This document shows positions 8,498-18,540 of a stretch of 64,000 nt of DNA, piece after piece. The stretch is from a virus. Its lineage: Duplodnaviria; Caudoviricetes. The notes below the pieces were generated by a model, which made no database searches, had not been told where the DNA came from, and worked only from the letters and a program-made list of their open reading frames with translations. The DNA lies in the IMG/VR virus record IMGVR_UViG_3300030372_001977, positions 1 to 64,000 of that record. One strand, given 5' to 3'. The position numbers and the translations under genes were made by a program. Each line of letters begins with the position of its first letter. The first letter of the stretch is position 1.

Positions 8498-8726
8498 TTA
8501 TCCATCCGTTATTTGAATCTCTTAAATAGTCTTTTATTTCTGCATGTGTATACTGAGTTTTACCTTCTAAAAAGCTAGGTGTCTCACCTTCAAATTTTAC
8601 AAAAGTTTTATCTCCAGCGTTATTATACCTCAGTGTATCGTTAGCAGTTTCATTTATTTTAGAAAAATCTAAACTAGATACTTCTGAAGCATCTATTATT
8701 ACATATGTATAGTTATTTAATCCCAT
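8484..8726 (-). CDS. hypothetical protein (80 aa)
   Basis: Well-packed ORF downstream of the LamG gene. Confidence 0.7.
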   Translation of the reverse strand: MGLNNYTYVIIDASEVSSLDFSKINETANDTLRYNNAGDKTFVKFEGETPSFLEGKTQYTHAEIKDYLRDSNNGWISDNE

Positions 8727-8738
8727 ATTAATTATTTA

Positions 8739-9581
8739 TTAATCCCATGTATTTTGATCTGATGGAGTATCTGTAACCCAACTCCAAGAATTACCAAGTC
8801 CACCTTCAACTCCACTTGCTGCTGCTGCACCAGTAGCACTGTTATTAATACTGGTACCAGACCCTGCTTCCATCTTTCCGTACCAAACTAAATTAGCTGC
8901 TTTATCATAAGTTCCATAATTACTTGATATATCATAAGGCACACCATCATTAAATATTCCATTTACATCATTTTGATCTAATAAAATATTAAAAATTGCT
9001 ACTTCATCAACCATTCCATCATAAAATAATTCACCATTAGTATCATTACTCATATCAGCACCAATTGCTACTGGAGTAGACGCAGTACTGTGATATACTA
9101 TAGTTGCTTCTTCAGCTGCTGAACCGGTACTTACTCCTGTAGTTTTAGTATTCCAATATAAATACAAGGTTCCAGCAACATCATAGGTAAAAACAATATG
9201 AACCCAATTATTTAATGCTTCGGTTTTAGATTCATTTAAAGCAGCTGTAATATATCCTGCACTACCACTACCATCATTACTAACCCTAAGAGTCACCTCT
9301 AATGTTGTAACTTGACTTCCAGTATTTTTTAAAGATAGTTTCCACCCTCCAGTTCTAAGACATCCTATTACAACATCTTCATCTGAACCGGTTGTCATAT
9401 CCCAAGTATTAGGTTTCATCCAAAGAGATACACCTAAAGCATTTACTGGCTTTAGAGCGTCATCCTCTAATATCTTTATAAAGTCAGCAGCACCGTCAAA
9501 TTCTACAGCGTACTGACTGTATTTAGACTGTATATAGTCTGGTTTACTTGTAGCTATTCCTAATCCTAATTGAGGCACCAT
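8739..9581 (-). CDS. LamG / concanavalin-A-like lectin domain virion protein
   Basis: SLWMKP, WVHIVFTYD...LYLY, FYDGMVDEVAIFNILLDQNDV, LVWYGKMEAGSGT motifs. Confidence 0.85.
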   Translation of the reverse strand: MVPQLGLGIATSKPDYIQSKYSQYAVEFDGAADFIKILEDDALKPVNALGVSLWMKPNTWDMTTGSDEDVVIGCLRTGGWKLSLKNTGSQVTTLEVTLRVSNDGSGSAGYITAALNESKTEALNNWVHIVFTYDVAGTLYLYWNTKTTGVSTGSAAEEATIVYHSTASTPVAIGADMSNDTNGELFYDGMVDEVAIFNILLDQNDVNGIFNDGVPYDISSNYGTYDKAANLVWYGKMEAGSGTSINNSATGAAAASGVEGGLGNSWSWVTDTPSDQNTWD

Positions 9582-9582
9582 A

Positions 9583-9936
9583 CTATGACGGATCTGCAGT
9601 TGGTTCTTTAGCTTCTCCTTTAACTCCTTTAGAATATGCTAATATTTTACCACTGGTTAATTGTATACATTGAAAATCAGAATATATAGTCATACCTTTA
9701 GGAACTGTAAAATCTGTTTCTACATCTCTTTTAACTCCTGATGCAAATTCTATAATTCCAGTATTTCCTTCACTTACATCAATGACAGAATCTTCTATTG
9801 CTGATATAGCATAAAAAGGTCCGCAATGTCTTATATTATTAATTATAATTGTTGTAAAAGATTGATAAATTGTTACTGTATTAACTTTTCTAGTTTCTTC
9901 ACAACAGCATAATTCTTGTGTACGTACTCCACCCAT
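9583..9936 (-). CDS. hypothetical small beta protein
   Basis: FYAISAIEDSVI...FTVPKGMTIYSDFQCIQLTSGKILAY; tightly packed in the operon. Confidence 0.65.
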   Translation of the reverse strand: MGGVRTQELCCCEETRKVNTVTIYQSFTTIIINNIRHCGPFYAISAIEDSVIDVSEGNTGIIEFASGVKRDVETDFTVPKGMTIYSDFQCIQLTSGKILAYSKGVKGEAKEPTADPS

Positions 9937-10349
9937 TATTTTATTATTTTTATTAAGTTATTAATTTGTTTAGCTGTAATCTCTTCAGGTAAAATATTTT
10001 CTTTAAGAATATTAAGTTTTACTTCAATTTCTTCCTCCATCATTTCTTTTACCTTATCCATTTGAGTTCTTCTTTCATCTACTAACTTTTTATTTTCTTC
10101 TTCTAATTTATTTATTTTTTCTTTAGAATCTTCTGTATTAAGATTAGCAAGTTGATTTACTTCTGATGCTAGCTTCATAAATTCTTCAGAAGGTTTACCT
10201 GCCTCTTCTAATTCTTTAAGTGATTTTTGAAGAATAACAATATTTTTACTTACTGTTAAACTAAACTCTTTTCCTTTTAATTCTTGAACCGAAAATAATC
10301 CATTAATTATATTTACGAATTCTCCTTTTGTTGCTTTAATTGTTGTCAT
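9936..10349 (-). CDS. coiled-coil protein, possible tail-fibre assembly chaperone
   Basis: Lys/Glu-rich helical protein directly after a fibre gene. Confidence 0.5.
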   Translation of the reverse strand: MTTIKATKGEFVNIINGLFSVQELKGKEFSLTVSKNIVILQKSLKELEEAGKPSEEFMKLASEVNQLANLNTEDSKEKINKLEEENKKLVDERRTQMDKVKEMMEEEIEVKLNILKENILPEEITAKQINNLIKIIK

Positions 10350-10373
10350 TTTATATATTGGTTTTTGTTAATA

Positions 10374-11828
10374 TTAACTATTGTTTATCACTAAAAAGTG
10401 AATTTTGTGTGCGTTTGTAGACACATTGCCCGCCCCAGGATTACTTAATCTAACATTAAATGATCCAGCATTTACCTCATCAAGCTGAGCTACTAATGTA
10501 GCATTGTCTGTAGCACTTGCTGCTGCAGGACACTGAACAGTTAATAATATAACTGAATCTGCCTGAACAGTACTATTTGTAACAGCAAAATCTGCTTCTG
10601 CCGCTGCGTTTAAACCTACTCCTGCTAATGTAATAATACCAGATGTTGCATTAATTGTAACTCCTGTACTATGATTAGTACCTTGAGTAACCGTTCCACT
10701 ACCAGCATGTATAATTCCTTTAGTTGCTTCAGTTATCTGTAAATTACCTACATCAATTGAAAAATCTGGATTTGCTGATCCTCCTGACAATGTTGTTCCT
10801 CCAATAGCATTACCAGCCCCATCATATACATAGTTTCTAATACTACCTGCTGAACCTCCAGCCTCATTACCTCCATATATAGCTACAGCTCCACCATCAC
10901 CTCCACCAGAAGCTGCTGAACCTGCTTTTAAAATTAAATTTCCAGCACTACCTGAAGCACTACTTCCTCCTTCAATTGTAAGTACTTGCCCAACCGTATC
11001 ACTTGTTGTAGCGCTTGGTTTAATTGTAGGTGCGGTATCATTAGTAAATCTAATACTACCTTTTATATTTAAACTTTCATCAAATGCTGCTGTAGGAGTA
11101 GATTGCCCTACAAACACTTTACCACTATTATCAACTGCAATTCCTTCGTCTGTTCCATCTCCAGAAATCCATCCATCCCCATTATTAGTATCTATATTAT
11201 AAGTAGTTCCAGTGCCATCGTACAAATCTACATTTGCTGTTGCATTTGCTATAGTTGCATTTATTGTTATACTTCCGGCACCGTTTGTAATTGAAACTCC
11301 TGTTCCAGCAGTAAGTGTTGCTAAACTAGGAACTCCAGTTGTAGCATTACCTATAAGCACTTGTCCGTTTGTACGCATTGATGCAGTAGCGGCAATTGTA
11401 TCATCTGCACTAGCATAAAGAACTGATCCTTTTACTATTGTATCTAAACCTGTACCACCATTTACCACTGGGCATTGCCCTGTAACATTTCCAGTAAAAT
11501 CCATAGAAGTTAAAAATCCAGCTGAAGTATTACTACAATTAGCTAAATCTATACCAGATTCTACTAAAGTTAGTAATATATTATTAGTATCTGTAGTTGC
11601 TGTTAATTTAGTTGTGTCTGCAGACTTTATACCTTTAAAGTTTAATTGATTTTTATTTGTAACACTTACAAATATATCTTGTCCTCCAGTACCAGTAGTT
11701 GACATTGTAGGAAAAAAGCCTGAAGCTAGAACTTTTTTTGCAGCTCCAGTAGACTCATTAGATATATTAAAATAGTCATATGTGTTATCTATGCTAGTTT
11801 TTGCTAAAGTTTGTAAATTTAAAGCCAT
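10374..11828 (-). CDS. tail fibre protein
   Basis: Gly/Thr/Ala-rich; PVVNGGTGL, NGQVLIGN, TLTAGTGVSITNGAGSITI fibre repeats. Confidence 0.75.
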   Translation of the reverse strand: MALNLQTLAKTSIDNTYDYFNISNESTGAAKKVLASGFFPTMSTTGTGGQDIFVSVTNKNQLNFKGIKSADTTKLTATTDTNNILLTLVESGIDLANCSNTSAGFLTSMDFTGNVTGQCPVVNGGTGLDTIVKGSVLYASADDTIAATASMRTNGQVLIGNATTGVPSLATLTAGTGVSITNGAGSITINATIANATANVDLYDGTGTTYNIDTNNGDGWISGDGTDEGIAVDNSGKVFVGQSTPTAAFDESLNIKGSIRFTNDTAPTIKPSATTSDTVGQVLTIEGGSSASGSAGNLILKAGSAASGGGDGGAVAIYGGNEAGGSAGSIRNYVYDGAGNAIGGTTLSGGSANPDFSIDVGNLQITEATKGIIHAGSGTVTQGTNHSTGVTINATSGIITLAGVGLNAAAEADFAVTNSTVQADSVILLTVQCPAAASATDNATLVAQLDEVNAGSFNVRLSNPGAGNVSTNAHKIHFLVINNS

Positions 11829-11869
11829 ATTATTTTTATTTTTTTATTTATTTTAACTTAGAGGTTTGT

Positions 11870-14800
11870 TTATTTTTGTTTCCATGCAGGTGGTATATTA
11901 CAATCTTTACAGTATTTATTTACAAATTTAAGAAAATTATCGTAATAATTCACACTTGTAGTTATATCTATAAAATTCTCATCTGAACATTTGGTCCAAT
12001 TCCCACCAGCTATTCCAGTCGCTGTTTCTGGATTATTGTCTTTTAAGTCAAAAGTAAGTGGGCCTACTTGATTAAAAGATATACTTACAACTCTATATAT
12101 ATACCCACTAGGCATTTTAATAACATCTCCTAAACTAAGCTTGTGCGGAGATGTAAAATATAAAGCAGGATCAGTAACTGTAGTTCCCTCTCCTGTTGTC
12201 CAAGAAGTTCCTGTAACACTAGCTCCATTTGTTGCAGCGTCATTTAAACCTGTAAAAGATCCTCCTTTTACCCATAAGTCGTTACAATTAAGCGCTACAT
12301 CTTCTATATTAGGAGTTCCTTTATCAGCGCAATTAAATAAACACCCTAAACCAAAACCATTTTCACTTTTATTAGATTTTAATACATACCCCAATAATAT
12401 TAATTTCCATTTATTCATTGTAGAACAATCTATATTTGTACCTATTTTATATTCTGTTAGCCATTCAGATCCTTTTTGAGATAAACAAGATTTTAATTTA
12501 ACTATTGCTTTTTTTAATTGTTTTGGTATACAAGGATTTTTTTCATCTCTATATAAACAACTGCCATCGTCAATAATTGCATTTGGGTTATAGTTTATAG
12601 CAAGTGGGTCTGTACAACCTTCGTATATACAAGAACCATCATCGCATGAAGCATTAGGGTCATAGTTAGATGCCAACGGATCTGTACATCCAACTGATAA
12701 AGTAGTAGTAGATATAGAAAATGTTTGCTCTACTTTACAACCAAAAAGGTCTGTAAATGTAATAGTGTAAGCTCCCGGAGCCAATCCTGAATGTGTAATT
12801 GTAGAACCATCAGGAGCAGGTGTAGGAGATACATCAGGGACATACGAATATATTAAATTTGCACTTACAGGAAGTCCAGAATAAATCTGAATTAAAAAAT
12901 GTGTAGATCCGTTTGTAGATGCATATTTAAAAGTTACTGTTCCATCTGCGATTGGTCCCGTACACGTACCCGTAGAATCTGTTGTAGTTACTGTTATATC
13001 AGGAGGACTATCACAAGGAAATTCACAACAATCTGGATCATGAACAGTTGCACTAGGAATGTCTATACCACAATCACAGCTATATTCATAGTTTGATGCC
13101 CCAGAATCTAAACATGCTTTATATTCACAAGTACCATCGTCTGTATCAGCAGCTGGATCATAATTAATTGCACAAGGATCTGTGCATCCTGGTATAGGCA
13201 TTGGCACACAACTTTGCTCGCAATCTACTAAACTGCTATATTGACCTGTACCATCTCCTGGATCATAACAAGAACCTGTTACAAGATCACATTCCCAAGA
13301 TTCATATATACAAGGTCCTGGACATAAAGCGTTTGGATTATAATTTAAAGCTGCTGGATCAGGGCACCCAGAATCAGGGACTCCATCAAAAACAAAATCT
13401 TGTGTATAAACACAAATACTACCATCAGGCATGTCTACATATACTTCCTGAGTATAAGTACCTGCCCCAAGTACTTGAAGTGGTGACATAGAATTCCAAA
13501 ATGGATCAAACACCATTAGCTGAGAATGACCAAATCCCACTCCATTGGCATTAATTGGGCTAGTATGACCCACACCATAACCAGATATATCATTTGCTGT
13601 CCCAGAACTATTTTGATTAGGGTGAGCAACTCCATTAAAAAGCCAAACTACTGTAAAATAACCTGGACCAAAATGGCCCGGTCCAATCGTTCCAGGACCA
13701 CAACCAGGAGAATCATACAAAGCGAAATGCCAATGCAAATATGGATTACATTCATTAGCTCCATTTGAGTTTTGACCCCCTCCTCCATTACAATTAGTAA
13801 ACCAATAGTTAGGATCGTCAGAAAGTTCAAAAGAATGATCTGACGGGACCGGACAGTTACTAGGAGTACATAAACTTGAGTCTGGAATTCTAAAAGGTGC
13901 TGCTACTGTTGTGTTATAGTCTGAAGAATTAACATCATCACAAACCGGAACTTTTACTGTAATATATACCCAAGTAAAACACTCTTCTGCTTCTAAAACA
14001 TTATTTGAATCAACAAACTGTATTTTAATAGCATAGTGACCAAAACCCAGACCTGTAAAAGTATGCTGAGGAGAGTAACTAAAAGTATTTGATGCTATTC
14101 CTGTTTGCTGACTAATAACCGATCCTATTGTGCTAGGATCTCCAGGTACTGTAACTGGATATATCCCCATTGTATAAGTCTCAGTAGCACCAAGGCTTAT
14201 ATATTGTTGTAAAGCAGGGTCTATGCTTGTTGTTAAAGAAACAGTACCATCAGATTGTGGAACATTACTTGCATTTACAGTTGCATCAGTAACAAGAGCT
14301 ACATGATTAGTAAATAAATCTCCTGCAATATTTCCTGCAGGATCTTCTAATTTTCCAGTAGTAGCATTACACACAACGCATGAACCATCATCATTAACTG
14401 CTGAGGCGTCATAATTTATTGCTGTATTGTCTGTACACCCGTCTGGAACAGCACAATCAGCTAAAGTTATATGTAATGTTTTTTCACACCCATCTTCATC
14501 TGTAACTTTTAAAATATAATACGTTCCTAATAATGCCCCTTCATTAGGAGCAAGACTTCCAAAGTAAAATCTAAAGCCAGCTGCAAAAGTTAAAGTTACT
14601 GTAGCGGCTGCTGTTGCTTGAACAGTATTTCCTACAGCATCTATAAGTGTAAATTTTGTTACATTGTTACCTGCTGTCCCAGTTAAAATATTACCAACAT
14701 AAGTTCCAGCTGGTATTCCTGCCCCACTTACTTGCATCCATGGTGTAATAGTGCTGCTAGAAGGACAAGTAACTTCATGTTCTGTTCCACTTGTTGTATT

Positions 14801-16405
14801 TGTTACACAGTTAGCTTGAGTAACTGTATTTCCTCCTGTTGGAGGCATAGTTTGGGTTAAACTGTTTCCATTACTTAAAGTTAAGTTATAGGTATACTGA
14901 CTACCACTACTCCATGGATTTCCTGTAGTAGTAGTACTAGTCCACGCAGGATTTGTAGTTGTAACTTCAATAATTTTATCATTTACACCATAAGTTCCAC
15001 AATGTGGAGTAGTAGATACTATTTCTAAAGTACAATTTGAACAACAAGCGTTATTAGGAACAAAAGTAGTAATGTTATGATTTGCTCCTCCTGGTAAATT
15101 AGCTGCTGGAATAGTTGCTCCACTACAATCTTTACTAGTTGTTAAATAGTATGAGGGATCACCAGCTTCATCACAAACATTAAACACGTGAAGAGGATTA
15201 GGAGGCGCAGGAGCTGTTAAATTTTCTGCATAAAATATTTTATATACATAATGATAGTGTGGGCTATTAGAAGTGTCTGCACCTCTTGTAGCTAACTCGT
15301 AAGCTGAATTCCAAGTCATTATATTATCACCAAAGGAATCCCACACCTCTGATCTTCTATACAGATTTCTTATATCTATTCCCGGATCAATAGGTGAAGG
15401 CTCAACACTACCATAAGGCGGAACAGGCCAGTTATCTCCAGAATAAGTTCCTTGCATAAAGCCAAGGTTTGAATTCATTTGATTTATTATGTTTGGAACG
15501 TTCATTAAAACACCTCCTTGTGTTTCTAGATTGTCATACCATAAAGGATTATTTTCTTGTAAAAGAAAATCTATAGAGTGAAATTCTTGTCTATTAGGAT
15601 TACCCGCATCAGGAGTAGTAAGAGCATTTAACCCATATATATGAGCAAGTCTATCATCATGACCAGAAATCGTACCTCCAGAACCACAAAAACCATGATC
15701 GTAAAGTACATTATTAACATCAGACTTTACATGTAAAAACTGCTCTGATGGTGTAAAGCCTGGATTTGTATTTACCCCTATAGTGTTTGCATGAACTCCA
15801 CTATATTTTGAAAATATATAAAAAGGCTCAGTTACTAATAATCCAGAAACTGTAAGACTACCTGCAACTCCCTTATTTTGAGATTGTAAAGAATAAAAAT
15901 TATTCACAGGAAGACCAGTAGCAGGATCTATAGCCGCATTTAAATGTGTATTGTAATAACCTTGTTGAAAATAAGACTCTGAACTTGAGCCTGGCTGGTT
16001 TGCTAATTCAACCAAATCCATAATAAACCAAGGACTGTTTAAACCATCGTGGTGTGCCTTTATGGTCATAGGTATTTCAAAATACTCAATATGACCACTT
16101 GTAAATGTAAGTTTTAATGTTCTTATTGAAACTATAGTAGTTATAGGAGTAAATGGGGGTAAATATTTTAGCGTAAAAGTTTGCCCTGGAGTTCCTCCAA
16201 TAGAATTTAGTTGTATTAAAGGTGCATTACCATCTCCAGTTGTATCTGCTACATCTACTAAAAAATCCCACCCTGTTCCACTAGCCTTATTATCATGTAC
16301 CTGAATTTCAGGCATCTCTGGTCCGCCATACAGCCCATTTACACCTAGTAGTACACCCCAAAATTTAGGAGGATGAGAAGATATAGTAACAAGTCTTTTA
16401 GACAT
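11870..16405 (-). CDS. large Cys-rich tail/structural protein with GCTD repeats
   Basis: 1511 aa, no signal peptide; about 6 GCTD..A.NY repeats, Ig/SprB-like segments (ITFTDLFGC), helical C-terminus; follows the ring-protein genes. Confidence 0.6.
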   Translation of the reverse strand: MSKRLVTISSHPPKFWGVLLGVNGLYGGPEMPEIQVHDNKASGTGWDFLVDVADTTGDGNAPLIQLNSIGGTPGQTFTLKYLPPFTPITTIVSIRTLKLTFTSGHIEYFEIPMTIKAHHDGLNSPWFIMDLVELANQPGSSSESYFQQGYYNTHLNAAIDPATGLPVNNFYSLQSQNKGVAGSLTVSGLLVTEPFYIFSKYSGVHANTIGVNTNPGFTPSEQFLHVKSDVNNVLYDHGFCGSGGTISGHDDRLAHIYGLNALTTPDAGNPNRQEFHSIDFLLQENNPLWYDNLETQGGVLMNVPNIINQMNSNLGFMQGTYSGDNWPVPPYGSVEPSPIDPGIDIRNLYRRSEVWDSFGDNIMTWNSAYELATRGADTSNSPHYHYVYKIFYAENLTAPAPPNPLHVFNVCDEAGDPSYYLTTSKDCSGATIPAANLPGGANHNITTFVPNNACCSNCTLEIVSTTPHCGTYGVNDKIIEVTTTNPAWTSTTTTGNPWSSGSQYTYNLTLSNGNSLTQTMPPTGGNTVTQANCVTNTTSGTEHEVTCPSSSTITPWMQVSGAGIPAGTYVGNILTGTAGNNVTKFTLIDAVGNTVQATAAATVTLTFAAGFRFYFGSLAPNEGALLGTYYILKVTDEDGCEKTLHITLADCAVPDGCTDNTAINYDASAVNDDGSCVVCNATTGKLEDPAGNIAGDLFTNHVALVTDATVNASNVPQSDGTVSLTTSIDPALQQYISLGATETYTMGIYPVTVPGDPSTIGSVISQQTGIASNTFSYSPQHTFTGLGFGHYAIKIQFVDSNNVLEAEECFTWVYITVKVPVCDDVNSSDYNTTVAAPFRIPDSSLCTPSNCPVPSDHSFELSDDPNYWFTNCNGGGGQNSNGANECNPYLHWHFALYDSPGCGPGTIGPGHFGPGYFTVVWLFNGVAHPNQNSSGTANDISGYGVGHTSPINANGVGFGHSQLMVFDPFWNSMSPLQVLGAGTYTQEVYVDMPDGSICVYTQDFVFDGVPDSGCPDPAALNYNPNALCPGPCIYESWECDLVTGSCYDPGDGTGQYSSLVDCEQSCVPMPIPGCTDPCAINYDPAADTDDGTCEYKACLDSGASNYEYSCDCGIDIPSATVHDPDCCEFPCDSPPDITVTTTDSTGTCTGPIADGTVTFKYASTNGSTHFLIQIYSGLPVSANLIYSYVPDVSPTPAPDGSTITHSGLAPGAYTITFTDLFGCKVEQTFSISTTTLSVGCTDPLASNYDPNASCDDGSCIYEGCTDPLAINYNPNAIIDDGSCLYRDEKNPCIPKQLKKAIVKLKSCLSQKGSEWLTEYKIGTNIDCSTMNKWKLILLGYVLKSNKSENGFGLGCLFNCADKGTPNIEDVALNCNDLWVKGGSFTGLNDAATNGASVTGTSWTTGEGTTVTDPALYFTSPHKLSLGDVIKMPSGYIYRVVSISFNQVGPLTFDLKDNNPETATGIAGGNWTKCSDENFIDITTSVNYYDNFLKFVNKYCKDCNIPPAWKQK

Positions 16406-16424
16406 AAATTATTATTTTTTTAAA

Positions 16425-16940
16425 TTAACATTCACACCCACAACTGCCGTCACAAAGTTCTTTTGCTTTTTTATATTTATCATAAGCATCATCGTAATGC
16501 CCCATAACAGTACTACCCCAAGGATCAGAATTTATTTCTTCTACTTTAGCTATAGCAGATTGTATTAATAAGTATATTTTTTGAGCTTTTGCTAAAGCAC
16601 TAGAACATCTTGGACAATCGCACTCACATGCTAATAATTCATTAGTTAACTTTGTTAAACAACAGTCTATATCACAATGAACTAAAACTGCTTTAGTCAT
16701 ATGTCGAGTACTTCCAGCCTCTTCTACTGTAACCATAAAAACTCCTGAACTGCTAGCTAAATCAGCAATAGGAATACGTAGTTTAGTAACAGCGCTAGTG
16801 CTTATATTAATAGGATAGGTAATTGTTGTTCCACCAGGAACGTCAGTTATTTTAACATCTCCAGTTGCAGCAGAAGTATAAGGTCTATAAGTTACGTCTA
16901 TACTTTTACAAAAATTTACAGATTTAATATTTAATGCCAT
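16425..16940 (-). CDS. Cys-rich tail ring/adaptor-like protein
   Basis: CDIDCC...CECDCPRC...CDGSCGCEC; position in the crAss-like tail module. Confidence 0.5.
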   Translation of the reverse strand: MALNIKSVNFCKSIDVTYRPYTSAATGDVKITDVPGGTTITYPINISTSAVTKLRIPIADLASSSGVFMVTVEEAGSTRHMTKAVLVHCDIDCCLTKLTNELLACECDCPRCSSALAKAQKIYLLIQSAIAKVEEINSDPWGSTVMGHYDDAYDKYKKAKELCDGSCGCEC

Positions 16941-16960
16941 AGCTTAAATTTATTTATATT

Positions 16961-17003
16961 AAAAAAAAGACCGATAGGGGGACAATGCCCCCTATTAGTC
17001 TTA
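16961..17003 (-). terminator. intrinsic terminator
   Basis: Minus-strand AGACTAATAGGGGGC-ATT-GTCCCCCTATCGGTCT followed by a T8 run. Confidence 0.85.
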
Positions 17004-17016
17004 TTTAGATTAACGA

Positions 17017-17532
17017 TTATGAGAAATCGCCAGTTTCTACGTAATGTACGTATAGTGTAAGTTTACCTGTACTAAGAGCTGTATCGTCATTAGTAGTAAG
17101 TAAAATCTCTTTTTGAGCTGTTAAGTGTATCATAGTTGCTGCATTTAAAGCAATTACTTCTAATGCAGAATCATGAGCTGCATCAGCACCTAAATTAGCG
17201 CCCATTCCAACTAAAGTACCATGAGCACCTGCATCCCATACATTTGTACTAGCTTGAATTGCTATAGATGCAACAAAAGCTCCTGTAGCACCTGTATAAC
17301 CTAATGCAATTTGTGATGAGTCATCACCAGCATCTGTAAAGGTTGTTGCTACATGATAGTATGCCTTAGTAATTAAAGCTCCATCTGGTAAATATAGAGG
17401 CTTAGAAGCTCCTGATACAGGATCAATACAAGAAGCAGAAGCATTGTTTGCTAACGTTCTTTTTGATCCGTCCCAAACAGCAACTGCAACTTTCTCTCCA
17501 CTACCATATAAAGGGTTATTTCCTTGATTCAT
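17017..17532 (-). CDS. putative capsid decoration / structural protein
   Basis: Ala/Gly/Thr-rich beta protein (LYLPDGALITKAYYHV...GKLTLYVHY) in the head gene cluster. Confidence 0.5.
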   Translation of the reverse strand: MNQGNNPLYGSGEKVAVAVWDGSKRTLANNASASCIDPVSGASKPLYLPDGALITKAYYHVATTFTDAGDDSSQIALGYTGATGAFVASIAIQASTNVWDAGAHGTLVGMGANLGADAAHDSALEVIALNAATMIHLTAQKEILLTTNDDTALSTGKLTLYVHYVETGDFS

Positions 17533-17566
17533 TTTTTTATATTTTAAAAGTTATTATTTCGATTTA

Positions 17567-18517
17567 TTATAAGTTCACAGCTGCAAATCCGCAATCTGCC
17601 ATGTAAGGATTCAGTCTTGCTTCAAGCCCTGCATTTTGACCAGCAACAATTGCAATTGAAATGTGCATAATGTTGTCTACCCCATGAACTTGAGATTGAG
17701 AACTACCATCTTTAGTTGCTGCAATAGAGTATACATCATAAGTAGATGCTAATACTGAATAGTTTGCTGGAGGTTTTGGTAACTGCACTCTGTCATAGTA
17801 ACCAAATTGATTACCCCACCATTGCTCTTCAATTTTTCTAATTAAGTATCCGTTACCTGCACCTGCATCTGCAGATTGAGTTGGAGCAGAGTCTAATGTC
17901 CATGTTGCAGTTATACCTGCTGGTACATTAGTACATGATACAACAAATGTTGAAGGATTTTCATCCCAAATTGTTCCATCATCGTTTGTATTACCTGCTA
18001 TAGATCCTTCAATTACATTAGCTGTACCAGTATTTGCACAAACTGCATCTAACCATGATGGTACGTTTGCTGCTGCAAATGCGTTTGTAACTAAAAGATC
18101 AACTGCTGTAGCTGCCGTTCCTGAAGGAACATCAGTATCGAAACTAAATGTATCAAATCCAGGTACATCAGTTCTCATTATTTTAATTGTAAGCGTACCA
18201 GCTGCTGTAGAAGTTCCTCCTAAAGTTACTGTGTGCTTATGAGAAGTTGGTGCTGCATAAGATTGTCCATCCCAGTTAATAACATCATCACCATAAATCC
18301 AAGGACTTACAATGTTATGTGTTCCTGTACCCTGTACAATTCTAAACTGCTCAGTGTTTGTTCTTATATCATTTGCAGCCATTGAAGTTGGTCCACTAAT
18401 ATTAGAAACTTTTTGTACATCAATTGCACCAGAAGCCAACAGTCCGTTAGTATACGGTCCTGACCCAACAGATGCATAGTCCGTAGTAGTAGCTCCTATA
18501 TAAATATGTCTTGCCAT
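17567..18517 (-). CDS. putative auxiliary capsid/structural protein
   Basis: 316-aa Ala/Thr-rich protein downstream of MCP; synteny with crAss-like head modules. Confidence 0.5.
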   Translation of the reverse strand: MARHIYIGATTTDYASVGSGPYTNGLLASGAIDVQKVSNISGPTSMAANDIRTNTEQFRIVQGTGTHNIVSPWIYGDDVINWDGQSYAAPTSHKHTVTLGGTSTAAGTLTIKIMRTDVPGFDTFSFDTDVPSGTAATAVDLLVTNAFAAANVPSWLDAVCANTGTANVIEGSIAGNTNDDGTIWDENPSTFVVSCTNVPAGITATWTLDSAPTQSADAGAGNGYLIRKIEEQWWGNQFGYYDRVQLPKPPANYSVLASTYDVYSIAATKDGSSQSQVHGVDNIMHISIAIVAGQNAGLEARLNPYMADCGFAAVNL

Positions 18518-18540
18518 TTTTTTAAATTTTTATTTGTTAA

